From NCBI GenBank assembly GCA_016763315.1, contig JAESTZ010000063.1, positions 2,539-66,538 on the forward strand: a stretch of 64,000 bases of DNA, read 5' to 3'. Below the pieces are notes generated by a model. It was not told the origin of the DNA. It was given only the letters and a program-made list of their open reading frames with translations, and did no database searches. Shown in pieces: positions 57,072-64,000 of this stretch. Origin of the DNA: Robiginitomaculum sp. (lineage in GTDB: Bacteria > Pseudomonadota > Alphaproteobacteria > Caulobacterales > Maricaulaceae). Positions within the stretch are counted from its first letter, which is position 1; each line of letters opens with the position of its first letter. Made by a program: the position numbers and the translations under genes.

Positions 57072-57487
57072 CAGCTTTTATTCCTTGTTGTGTTAGAATT
57101 CCGGTTCGAATTTTGTTCAGCAAATTGCTGCTGATTTACAATAACACCCTTATGGTGATTGCGAAGGTTTAATAACGCTAGCTTCATGTCGTCAAGTAAA
57201 GCCCGCCAATTGGTGTCGGCTGTTTCTTTACGGGCAATAAACACGTAGTCCCATCCTATTTGACCATATTGATCAAGTAAAACTCTACTGGCTTCGCGCA
57301 ACCGCCGTTTTGCATGGTTTCTACGTACTGCATTGCCTGTTTTTTTAGTAGCGGTAAACCCGGAGCGTATGGACGAGTGAGCGGAAGAAGATTCTCTAGC
57401 CTGAACAACAACCGAACGCTTAGCCATATACGCACCATTAGCGACGTATAGAAACTGTTTTCGTTGAGTGAGGCGGGTATTCGCCAT
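57071..57487 (-). CDS. rnpA: Ribonuclease P protein component
   Basis: The RNR-type motif KKTGNAVRRNHAKRRLRE, and its position between rpmH and yidC. Confidence 0.85.
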   Translation of the reverse strand: MANTRLTQRKQFLYVANGAYMAKRSVVVQARESSSAHSSIRSGFTATKKTGNAVRRNHAKRRLREASRVLLDQYGQIGWDYVFIARKETADTNWRALLDDMKLALLNLRNHHKGVIVNQQQFAEQNSNRNSNTTRNKS

Positions 57488-57506
57488 CTACATCTTTCTA
57501 AGGCTA

Positions 57507-57641
57507 TTAGGCGCTAATCACCTTACGGCCTCGGGATCTGCGTCTGGCCAAGACCTGACGACCAGATTTGGTTGCCATACGTGATCGAAATCCATGACGG
57601 CGTGCGCGGACAATTTTGCTGGGTTGAAAAGTACGTTTCAT
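57507..57641 (-). CDS. rpmH: 50S ribosomal protein L34
   Basis: [44 protein letters not shown] (44 aa). The ORF-track extension to 57692 is not L34-like. Confidence 0.95.
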   Translation of the reverse strand: MKRTFQPSKIVRARRHGFRSRMATKSGRQVLARRRSRGRKVISA

Positions 57642-57820
57642 GGCGGGAGCCTTTAAGGGAACTTGCTTTGAGCGGCGGGTTTTAAGAGCCAACTAACTCC
57701 AAGTCAAGCGTTGACAGGTGTTTTTAATGTGAATGTTCAAGGTAATTTCGCTAGTTTCCGATTGCTCCGGTAACATAAGCTGATCTAAACTGCTATTAGC
57801 TTTAGTTTTGAACACAAGGG

Positions 57821-59236
57821 GTGGGGGAGATTTTAAAACAAAATAACGTCTTGGATTTTCCTTTTCGCCCCAAATCATCGCTTGGGCGGCGGTTGTTGTG
57901 GTTAACGATATTGTTTGTCATGCTGGCGCAAATCACCATTTTTCTGCCTTCTGCTTCAGCCTTTCGTGGACAGTGGTTGCAAGACAGGGTGCAAGCGGCG
58001 CGTCTTGTTGTTATTGGCGTTGAAGTTGCTGAAGACATGATGGTCTCCGAAGAGGTGGCGTTGCAAATGCTTGAAACTGCCCGAATCAGGGCGGTTCGAA
58101 TAAACCGTGATGGTATTAGTGAAATTATTTTACCTGCGCCGCTGACAGCAGGCTCTAATATTATGGTTGACCTAAGGAACAAGTCGATCATTTACTCTTT
58201 GGGTCAAACTTTTAACTCACTGGTTTTCCCGCAAGCTGAATATTTACGAGTCCGGGATAGCTTTGGCTCTTCCAGCAATGATTTTCTTGAGGTTGTGGTC
58301 TTGGAGTCAGATCTAAGAGCTGAATTGATAATTTTTTCAATTCGCACTTTCTGGATATCTCTGTTAATATCGATACTGGCCGGTGCACTCATCTACACAA
58401 CACTTTTATACGTTTTGGTTCGACCAATGCACAATTTGTCTATGGCAATGGTCGGGTTTCGGGAACAACCGCAAGACCCCACCAGAATCATTGTTCCATC
58501 TGGCCGCACCGATGAAATCGGTATTGCCGAGAAAGATTTACGCTTGTTACAAAAAGAGGTATTACAGACCTTAAACCAAAAAACCCGATTAGCGGCATTA
58601 GGTGAAGCCGTTGCCAAAATAAATCATGATATGAGAAACATCTTAACTAGCGCACAATTGGTTTCTGACCGGCTGGCAAGTAGTAAAGATCCGAAAATAC
58701 GCAAGATGGGTGAACGTTTGGTGCGCTCCATTGATCGTGGCGTAAATTTAAGCCGCACAACACTTGAGTATGGGCGTTCAACCGAGCCGGAGCCGGAACC
58801 ACAAAACTTGTCGCTATTCTTGGCGTTAGAAGATGCTTGGCTAGACGCTTGTACAAATCCTAACTGCAAAGTCCAGTGGATAAATAATGTGCCTCGAACC
58901 CTTGATGTTAGAGCTGACCCTGATCATTTGTATCGCATATTGGTGAATTTGCTACGCAATGCTACACAAGCGCTGCAGGGCTCGGGAAATCTGCAAGCTG
59001 AAATTACTTCATCCAATGTTGAAGCTCGTTTGCATATAAGCGATAACGGGCCTGGAATTCCCGACCATATTAGAAAAAATTTGTTTTCTCCTTTTTCTGG
59101 GACTGCCTCAAAAGATGGCTCCGGGCTTGGTTTGGCGATTGCCAGAGAACTGGCCAGAGCCAATAATGGCGATCTTGATTTGCTGGAAACCAGCAAAAAC
59201 GGTACGAAATTTATCGTAAAACTACGATTAGTTTAA
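57821..59236 (+). CDS. Membrane sensor histidine kinase (HisKA + HATPase_c), no adjacent response regulator
   Basis: Two TM segments, the H-box AKINHDMRNILT, the N-box LLRNA, G1 DNGPGI and G2 GSGLGLAI. Confidence 0.85.
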   Translation: MGEILKQNNVLDFPFRPKSSLGRRLLWLTILFVMLAQITIFLPSASAFRGQWLQDRVQAARLVVIGVEVAEDMMVSEEVALQMLETARIRAVRINRDGISEIILPAPLTAGSNIMVDLRNKSIIYSLGQTFNSLVFPQAEYLRVRDSFGSSSNDFLEVVVLESDLRAELIIFSIRTFWISLLISILAGALIYTTLLYVLVRPMHNLSMAMVGFREQPQDPTRIIVPSGRTDEIGIAEKDLRLLQKEVLQTLNQKTRLAALGEAVAKINHDMRNILTSAQLVSDRLASSKDPKIRKMGERLVRSIDRGVNLSRTTLEYGRSTEPEPEPQNLSLFLALEDAWLDACTNPNCKVQWINNVPRTLDVRADPDHLYRILVNLLRNATQALQGSGNLQAEITSSNVEARLHISDNGPGIPDHIRKNLFSPFSGTASKDGSGLGLAIARELARANNGDLDLLETSKNGTKFIVKLRLV

Positions 59237-60291
59237 CGGGAGCTAGTTTTCCTTTTAGTCGCATGACCCATTTTCCGGCCATCAACCATTTTCCCTTTGC
59301 CATAATCGGTAACTAGCCAACCCTCATCAGTCCATTTTTGAGCTTCAGCCATATCTTTGCCGATCAGATTGATCATGGTTATTTCTGAAACACAATCTGG
59401 TTTTGGCATATCCATGCCGGTAATTGCTATTAGATGCATTTCAAACTGATCAGGTGTTGCTCCACCCTTGGTCCAGTGGCCTGAATTATGAACTCTTGGC
59501 GCAATTTCATTGACCAGTAATTGTCCATTGCGTTGTATAAAAAACTCTACAGCCAATACGCCAACATAATTTAGGCAAGAGGCAATATCACGGGTAATTG
59601 CAATAGCTCTTTTTGAAATATCTTGAGAACAATTCGCTGGTATATGAGAGCGTCGCAAAATTCCACCTTCGTGCAAATTTTCTGTTACAGGAAACGCAAC
59701 AAACTCTCCTTGATTGTTTCTTGCTGCTATTACTGAAACCTCGCGCTCGAAGTCTATTGCGGCCTCAAGAACTGCCGGGTGGTGGTGGATCAGGTCAAAA
59801 GCTTTTGTTGTTTGACTTTCGTGTTTGATCCAACTTTGTCCTTTACCATCATAACCAAAGTGGCGGGTTTTCAATATACATGGCAGAGCGGTTATACTTA
59901 TTGCTTTGGGGAAGTCTGATGCCTTATCTATACGAGCAAAGGCAGCAAGAGGAATATTGTGTGCCCGTAAAAACTTCTTTTCGGTTAACCGGTCTTGCAA
60001 AACATCTAAAATTTTCGGGTCGGGGAAAATGCAATGCCCAGATTCTTGCAAAGCAAATAAATTGCTTACCGGGACATTCTCAAACTCGAATGTTATAACA
60101 TCACAATTAGCTGCAAAGCTTTCCATCGCTACAATGTCTTCGTATTCTGCTTGAATAAACGTATCTGTATATGTTGCTGCTGGGCAATCCGCATCTGGAG
60201 CCAAGACGGTTGTGGTTAATCCAAGTTTCTTCGCGGCCTGTGCCAGCATCATTGCCAGTTGTCCGCCGCCTAGTATTCCAACCCGCTGCAT
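59233..60291 (-). CDS. purK: N5-carboxyaminoimidazole ribonucleotide synthase
   Basis: MQRVGILGGGQLA and an ATP-grasp core. The ATG at 60291 lies 5 nt after the purE stop; the longer ORF-track start would overlap purE by 46 nt. Confidence 0.9.
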   Translation of the reverse strand: MQRVGILGGGQLAMMLAQAAKKLGLTTTVLAPDADCPAATYTDTFIQAEYEDIVAMESFAANCDVITFEFENVPVSNLFALQESGHCIFPDPKILDVLQDRLTEKKFLRAHNIPLAAFARIDKASDFPKAISITALPCILKTRHFGYDGKGQSWIKHESQTTKAFDLIHHHPAVLEAAIDFEREVSVIAARNNQGEFVAFPVTENLHEGGILRRSHIPANCSQDISKRAIAITRDIASCLNYVGVLAVEFFIQRNGQLLVNEIAPRVHNSGHWTKGGATPDQFEMHLIAITGMDMPKPDCVSEITMINLIGKDMAEAQKWTDEGWLVTDYGKGKMVDGRKMGHATKRKTSSR

Positions 60292-60296
60292 CAGGG

Positions 60297-60788
60297 TTAT
60301 TGCGGAGTTTCGGCGATAGCTGCCGTTTGTTCTGACCGCCATGATTGAAGGCGTTCGGCTAAATCATCATCGCTAAGCGCCAAGATGGATGCCGCCAGCA
60401 AAGCGGCATTGCTGGCGCCAGCCGTACCAATAGCCAGTGTCGCCACTGGAATACCTGCTGGCATTTGTACAATAGACAGTAAACTATCAAGCCCGCTTAG
60501 AGCTTTGCTTTGTACCGGAACCCCAAGTACCGGCAATATCGTCATGCTGGCGACCATTCCCGGTAAATGTGCGGCACCGCCGGCTCCGGCAATGATCACT
60601 GAAAACCCATTTTCTTTGGCAGTTTTGGCAAACTCAAACATTCTGTCAGGTGTGCGGTGTGCAGAAATAATTCTGGATTCAAATTCAATACCAAGCTTTT
60701 CCAGCAGCATTGCTGCAGCTTTCATAGTTGGCCAATCAGAGTTTGAACCCATGATAATAGCTACTTTTATTGACTTGTTTTGAGGCAT
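60297..60788 (-). CDS. purE: N5-carboxyaminoimidazole ribonucleotide mutase
   Basis: [28 protein letters not shown] and VLGVPV. The start was moved to the Met at 60788. Confidence 0.92.
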   Translation of the reverse strand: MPQNKSIKVAIIMGSNSDWPTMKAAAMLLEKLGIEFESRIISAHRTPDRMFEFAKTAKENGFSVIIAGAGGAAHLPGMVASMTILPVLGVPVQSKALSGLDSLLSIVQMPAGIPVATLAIGTAGASNAALLAASILALSDDDLAERLQSWRSEQTAAIAETPQ

Positions 60789-60854
60789 CGAACTTTGGTT
60801 CCTATCCCAAAAGAAGCAGTAAAATAAAGTCAGTATTGTCCATGTCAACGAAAT

Positions 60855-61649
60855 ATGGTTGACTGTTTGTTAACCTTGGCCGTTGAAATTACGGTAACAG
60901 ACGAGATAAACCGATCTGTAAGCTATGGGCATTGGCAAATTAAAATGAAAGAATTTACCGAAATATCAGGAGAAACAAGGCCAAAAGAGGTTTCGCCAAA
61001 ACGAAAACCTAATAAATCAACACGCCCAAAATTATCACGTTTGGCTGGACTAGAGGCCGCCGACCTGACTCCAGATGTTAAAGATGCAGTGTTACGCCTG
61101 ATCAATGAGGTTGAAAAGTTGAATTCAGAGGCTGGCGGATTACAAGCCCGTATCAAGGATTTAGAGGGTATTGCCGACACTGACCCGTTATTGCCGGTAT
61201 TAAACCGCAGAGCATTTACCCGAGAGCTTTCCAGAGCCATGGCTTTTGCTCAACGCCATGACCTTGGAGGGGCGCTGGTTTATGTAGACCTTGATGGCTT
61301 CAAGGGGGTTAATGATGAATATGGGCACGCCGCAGGTGATACTGTATTGTTACATGTGTCCAAAGTGTTGAACGAGCATATTAGGGAATCGGATTTGGTT
61401 GGTCGACTTGGCGGTGACGAATTTGGTATATTGCTTGCTGCCGCTGACGATGCCGGAGCTACAGCCAAAGCCTCGGCCTTGGTAGAGTTGATTCGCGAGC
61501 AACATATAGATATCGGCCAACAAGAAATATGCATTGGCGCCAGTGCAGGAGTTCAACCGTTTCAACCAGAATTAAGTGCTGATGAAATACTCGATTTAGC
61601 CGATAAGGCAATGTACGCACACAAACAAGCCAAAGGCTGCGCAGCTTAA
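60855..61649 (+). CDS. GGDEF-domain diguanylate cyclase with a coiled-coil N-terminus
   Basis: [16 protein letters not shown] and the active site GGDEFG. The start is uncertain (the ATG at 60945 is an alternative). Confidence 0.82.
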   Translation: MVDCLLTLAVEITVTDEINRSVSYGHWQIKMKEFTEISGETRPKEVSPKRKPNKSTRPKLSRLAGLEAADLTPDVKDAVLRLINEVEKLNSEAGGLQARIKDLEGIADTDPLLPVLNRRAFTRELSRAMAFAQRHDLGGALVYVDLDGFKGVNDEYGHAAGDTVLLHVSKVLNEHIRESDLVGRLGGDEFGILLAAADDAGATAKASALVELIREQHIDIGQQEICIGASAGVQPFQPELSADEILDLADKAMYAHKQAKGCAA

Positions 61650-61744
61650 ACCAGAAACGTATTCTACCATATTATTTTCGCATTTGCTCACCACAAGTAA
61701 CAAGCGCCAGCATTGCGGTAGGGCAAGCTAAAAGCTTCTCGCTC

Positions 61745-61764
61745 TTTACTGGAAATGCTCTAGT
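61745..61764 (-). repeat. 20-nt exact match to 23127-23146 (inverted), directly after the IalB-like stop codon
   Basis: The minus strand reads ACTAGAGCATTTCCAGTAAA, identical to the plus strand at 23127-23146. Confidence 0.85.
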
Positions 61765-61769
61765 CAATT

Positions 61770-62294
61770 TTAACTACATAGTCGATTTGCTCTGCGTAAA
61801 GCCTCGGTGATGCCGGACAATGAGAATTCGTAAGAGGTTGCCGTGCCGCGATCGGACATAGCCTCTACGCGCAACCTAGAGCCTTTGCGCATTGCCCGAA
61901 CCAATCTCTTTTCATCTTTTTCAGTTTCAACAAACGCCTCATTGGCTGCGCTGAACATGGTTATTGTGCGGTTTCCGACTTTGGCTTTTGGTGGTGATTT
62001 TGATCGCAAAGGGTAGCCGGTCATCAAGCTTGGCTGTTCTTCGGCAATGCCGGATTTCCATGTGCCTATGAAAAACACCACATCACCATGGTTTACATTT
62101 TGCGGTGACCTCTCAGAGGCAAAGCTTCGAACATAGCAAATAGTATCGCCATCAACACTTCTGGTTAGCACGCTCCAGTCCTTAATTGTCGTGTGTAATT
62201 TAGGAGTACTGTTGGCAAAAGCTGCTACAGATAACAAGCTTAAAACCAAAACAATGAGAAACAGGCGCATCAAAATATTTCCAAAGCCGAACAT
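61770..62294 (-). CDS. Exported protein, invasion-associated locus B (IalB)-like
   Basis: A signal peptide, DWSV...C and the C-terminal FSLSGITEAL pattern resemble IalB-family proteins. The call is by resemblance only. Confidence 0.55.
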   Translation of the reverse strand: MFGFGNILMRLFLIVLVLSLLSVAAFANSTPKLHTTIKDWSVLTRSVDGDTICYVRSFASERSPQNVNHGDVVFFIGTWKSGIAEEQPSLMTGYPLRSKSPPKAKVGNRTITMFSAANEAFVETEKDEKRLVRAMRKGSRLRVEAMSDRGTATSYEFSLSGITEALRRANRLCS

Positions 62295-62351
62295 GTAAAG
62301 TCCTAGTCAATCATTTCCTTATTAACACAACTATAATCTGACCCTAACCGA

Positions 62352-63224
62352 TTAGCGAAACACCAAAATCTCCCTGCGGCCATCACCGTGCAATGCGGCT
62401 CTGCGCATGCCATGAGAGATAAACGGCATGCTAACTTGACCTTGATGGTCAATAGCTATCAAGCCGCCATCACCGCCTTGCCTTTGCATATCGGCTAATG
62501 CGCCGGCGGCGGCGGCATCAATGCTAAACCCGCCATAAGTCATACGGGCAGATACGTCGACAGCCACTGCGGCACGGATAAAATACTCGCCCTGTCCGGT
62601 ACACGAAACCGCTACTTGTTGATCAGCCCAGGTTCCTGCGCCGATCAATGGTGTATCTCCAACCCGTCCCGGTATTTTGTTTAACACTCCGCCAGTTGAG
62701 GTGCCGGCGGCAAGACGTCCTTGATTGTCTAGCGCGACACAGCCAACTGTTCCGTGCGCCAGATCATCGGTGTTTTTGCCTTTGGGGGAGATCGGTATGA
62801 AGTGTTTTTTTGTGTCGGTGATTTCAGCAAAGCCTTGCTCAAGTGCAAACTTTCTGGCTCCGGCACCGGCCAGCATGACATGCGGGGTTTTTTCCATTAC
62901 TGCACGAGCCACTGATATTGGCGAGATAATTCCTTGCAAGGCGCACACAGATCCGGCTCTGCGGTTGGCTCCGTCCATGATCGATGCGTCTAGCTCGAAT
63001 TCGCCGTTTTTGTTTGGTGAGGAGCCGCGACCGGCAATATAAAGTCCGGCTTCTTCTAATTGCTGGATCATTGTCTCAACCACGTCCAGCGCACTGGCGC
63101 CAGCCAATAAGGCTACCTCGCCCTCATCAAGCAGCTTGGTTAAATTGGCAATTTCTTTGCTGGTGTCGGGATTTCGTATTGGCCCGGCACCGCCATGTAA
63201 TGCCAAAGCAATTTTACCGTTCAT
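62352..63224 (-). CDS. iaaA: Isoaspartyl peptidase / L-asparaginase (Ntn hydrolase)
   Basis: ALHGGAG, the autoprocessing site HGTVGCVALD and the GAG...GEYFIR blocks. Confidence 0.9.
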   Translation of the reverse strand: MNGKIALALHGGAGPIRNPDTSKEIANLTKLLDEGEVALLAGASALDVVETMIQQLEEAGLYIAGRGSSPNKNGEFELDASIMDGANRRAGSVCALQGIISPISVARAVMEKTPHVMLAGAGARKFALEQGFAEITDTKKHFIPISPKGKNTDDLAHGTVGCVALDNQGRLAAGTSTGGVLNKIPGRVGDTPLIGAGTWADQQVAVSCTGQGEYFIRAAVAVDVSARMTYGGFSIDAAAAGALADMQRQGGDGGLIAIDHQGQVSMPFISHGMRRAALHGDGRREILVFR

Positions 63225-63606
63225 TTTGCTTCTTCTTGGGCTGGCAACCGTAATAGCTTACGGGCATTATTGCGATGTACCGGCTTGATATGGCGGCAAC
63301 AATTCCCATCGCCGTAGCCAGAACCGTTGCATCATCAGTAAACCCGATACCGGCAATGAAATCCGGTAAGATATCGGTTGGCAAGACAAAATAGCCAATG
63401 GCAGCGAACAGCACTCCCTTGACCCGCCCCGGAGTTTTTTCATCAATGGCGCAATACCACGCCGAAGCTAGTTCCTCCGAAAAAGGTATTGCTCCAAGGG
63501 TTGACCAAAACTTTGGCCAGAAATTCCTAGGCGGTTTTCGCCGGTCAGTATCAATAACCATAGGCAAGGAGCCTGCGACAATTACTGGCTTGGGTTTTTC
63601 ACGCAT
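63214..63606 (-). CDS. DUF1232 (YkvA-like) membrane protein
   Basis: The signature LPTDILPDFIAGIGFTDDATVLA. Confidence 0.75.
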   Translation of the reverse strand: MREKPKPVIVAGSLPMVIDTDRRKPPRNFWPKFWSTLGAIPFSEELASAWYCAIDEKTPGRVKGVLFAAIGYFVLPTDILPDFIAGIGFTDDATVLATAMGIVAAISSRYIAIMPVSYYGCQPKKKQNER

Positions 63607-63643
63607 CTGGTTTACCTAACTGTATTGATTGATTCCAAGTTTG

Positions 63644-63686
63644 TTTATACTCAAAATATTTGGAAACCAAAATTTTTGAGTATAAA
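63644..63686. promoter_or_regulatory. 43-bp AT-rich near-perfect palindrome in a divergent promoter region
   Basis: TTTATACTCAAAA (63644-63656) and TTTTGAGTATAAA (63674-63686) are exact reverse complements. The inner ATTTGG/CCAAAAT partly extends the symmetry. Confidence 0.7.
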
Positions 63687-63697
63687 TTTATTTAGTG

Positions 63698-63740
63698 ATC
63701 CATACACTTATCTGAAAACCGGTTTTCACTTTTCAGGTGT
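63698..63740 (+). repeat. Copy of the dispersed hairpin repeat, containing a perfect 16-bp palindrome
   Basis: 32 of 41 aligned positions are identical to 24722-24762. The stem changes are compensatory. TGAAAACCGGTTTTCA lies at 63713-63728. Confidence 0.8.
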
Positions 63741-63784
63741 GTGGAGTATATGAACTTATTTTTACGGCAGAAAAAGGGCAAAAA

Positions 63785-64000
63785 ATGAAAATTCAACCAG
63801 GTGTAAGCGCAATAGTTACCGGTGGAGCCTCCGGTCTTGGTGAAGCAAGTGCCCGTATTTTGGCAGCTGAAGGAGCAAAAGTTACCCTGTTCGATTTAAA
63901 CGAGCAACGAGGACAGGAAATTGCCGCTGAAATCGGCGGGCATTTTGTCAAAGTCAATGTTGCCGACGAGCAAAGCGTTGATGCCGGTTTTGCCAGCGCC
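63785..64000 (+). CDS. Short-chain dehydrogenase/reductase (partial, 5' end; 3-hydroxyacyl-CoA dehydrogenase-like)
   Basis: MKIQPGVSAIVTGGASGLGEA... carries the SDR cofactor motif TGGxSGLG. The ORF runs off the window. Confidence 0.8.
   Translation, partial: MKIQPGVSAIVTGGASGLGEASARILAAEGAKVTLFDLNEQRGQEIAAEIGGHFVKVNVADEQSVDAGFASA

Noticed and set aside
57488-57820. An origin of replication next to rpmH-rnpA-yidC, as in many non-alphaproteobacterial genomes
   Set aside because: There is no dnaA gene and I could see no DnaA-box cluster in the 57642-57820 spacer. Alphaproteobacterial origins are usually near hemE rather than rpmH.
1-64000. CRISPR arrays, IS elements, integrases, prophage genes, toxin-antitoxin pairs, restriction-modification or other defence modules
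   Set aside because: I saw no regularly spaced direct repeats with unique spacers and no transposase, integrase or phage-like ORFs. No protein carries the helicase, nuclease or methylase combinations typical of defence islands. The only nucleases are housekeeping Nth and a secreted SNase-like protein.

Overview
This window looks like a core chromosomal segment of an alphaproteobacterium with moderate GC content. The lineage call rests on markers and gene order: CpdR, a PhrR/PraR-like regulator, the divergent COQ9/rpsU pair, DUF1674, DUF4167, IalB, lysC-ptsP-ispG-prfA-prmC facing ubiG, and rpmH-rnpA-yidC-engB. I support about 66 protein-coding genes and one tRNA-Val(GAC). Most genes are housekeeping: dapB, dapD, lysC, purH, purE, purK, ispG, prfA, prmC, rsmB, nth, gpmA, a phosphomannomutase, ubiG, yidC, rnpA, rpmH and rpsU. 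The rest are transporters (a NatAB-like ABC system, a sodium:alanine symporter, MlaA/MlaC), signalling proteins (CpdR, Hpt, an orphan histidine kinase, GGDEF) and several conserved DUF proteins. I found no rRNA, CRISPR array, transposase, integrase, phage genes or recognisable defence-system genes, so I cannot claim a new multi-gene system here. The signals the gene list does not explain are mostly non-coding. (1) A dispersed family of about 45-nt hairpin repeats has a conserved 11-nt loop and compensatory stem changes, with four copies stacked between gpmA and the phosphomannomutase gene. (2) An exact 20-nt match sits just after two unrelated stop codons 38 kb apart. (3) Seven TAAGGGT/ACCCTTA heptamers with 10- and 12-bp phasing lie in a 450-bp convergent intergenic gap. 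(4) A roughly 1-kb AT-rich insertion between DUF4167 and prmC carries an unknown membrane protein and an orphan plus-strand terminator. (5) A 12-bp perfect inverted repeat buries the hisN start codon. (6) A ROSE-like leader with a sigma-32-type promoter precedes the Hsp20 gene. (7) A secreted Cys/His/Gly-rich low-complexity protein has no recognisable family. All product calls come from reading the translated ORFs against remembered family motifs; no database search was run.
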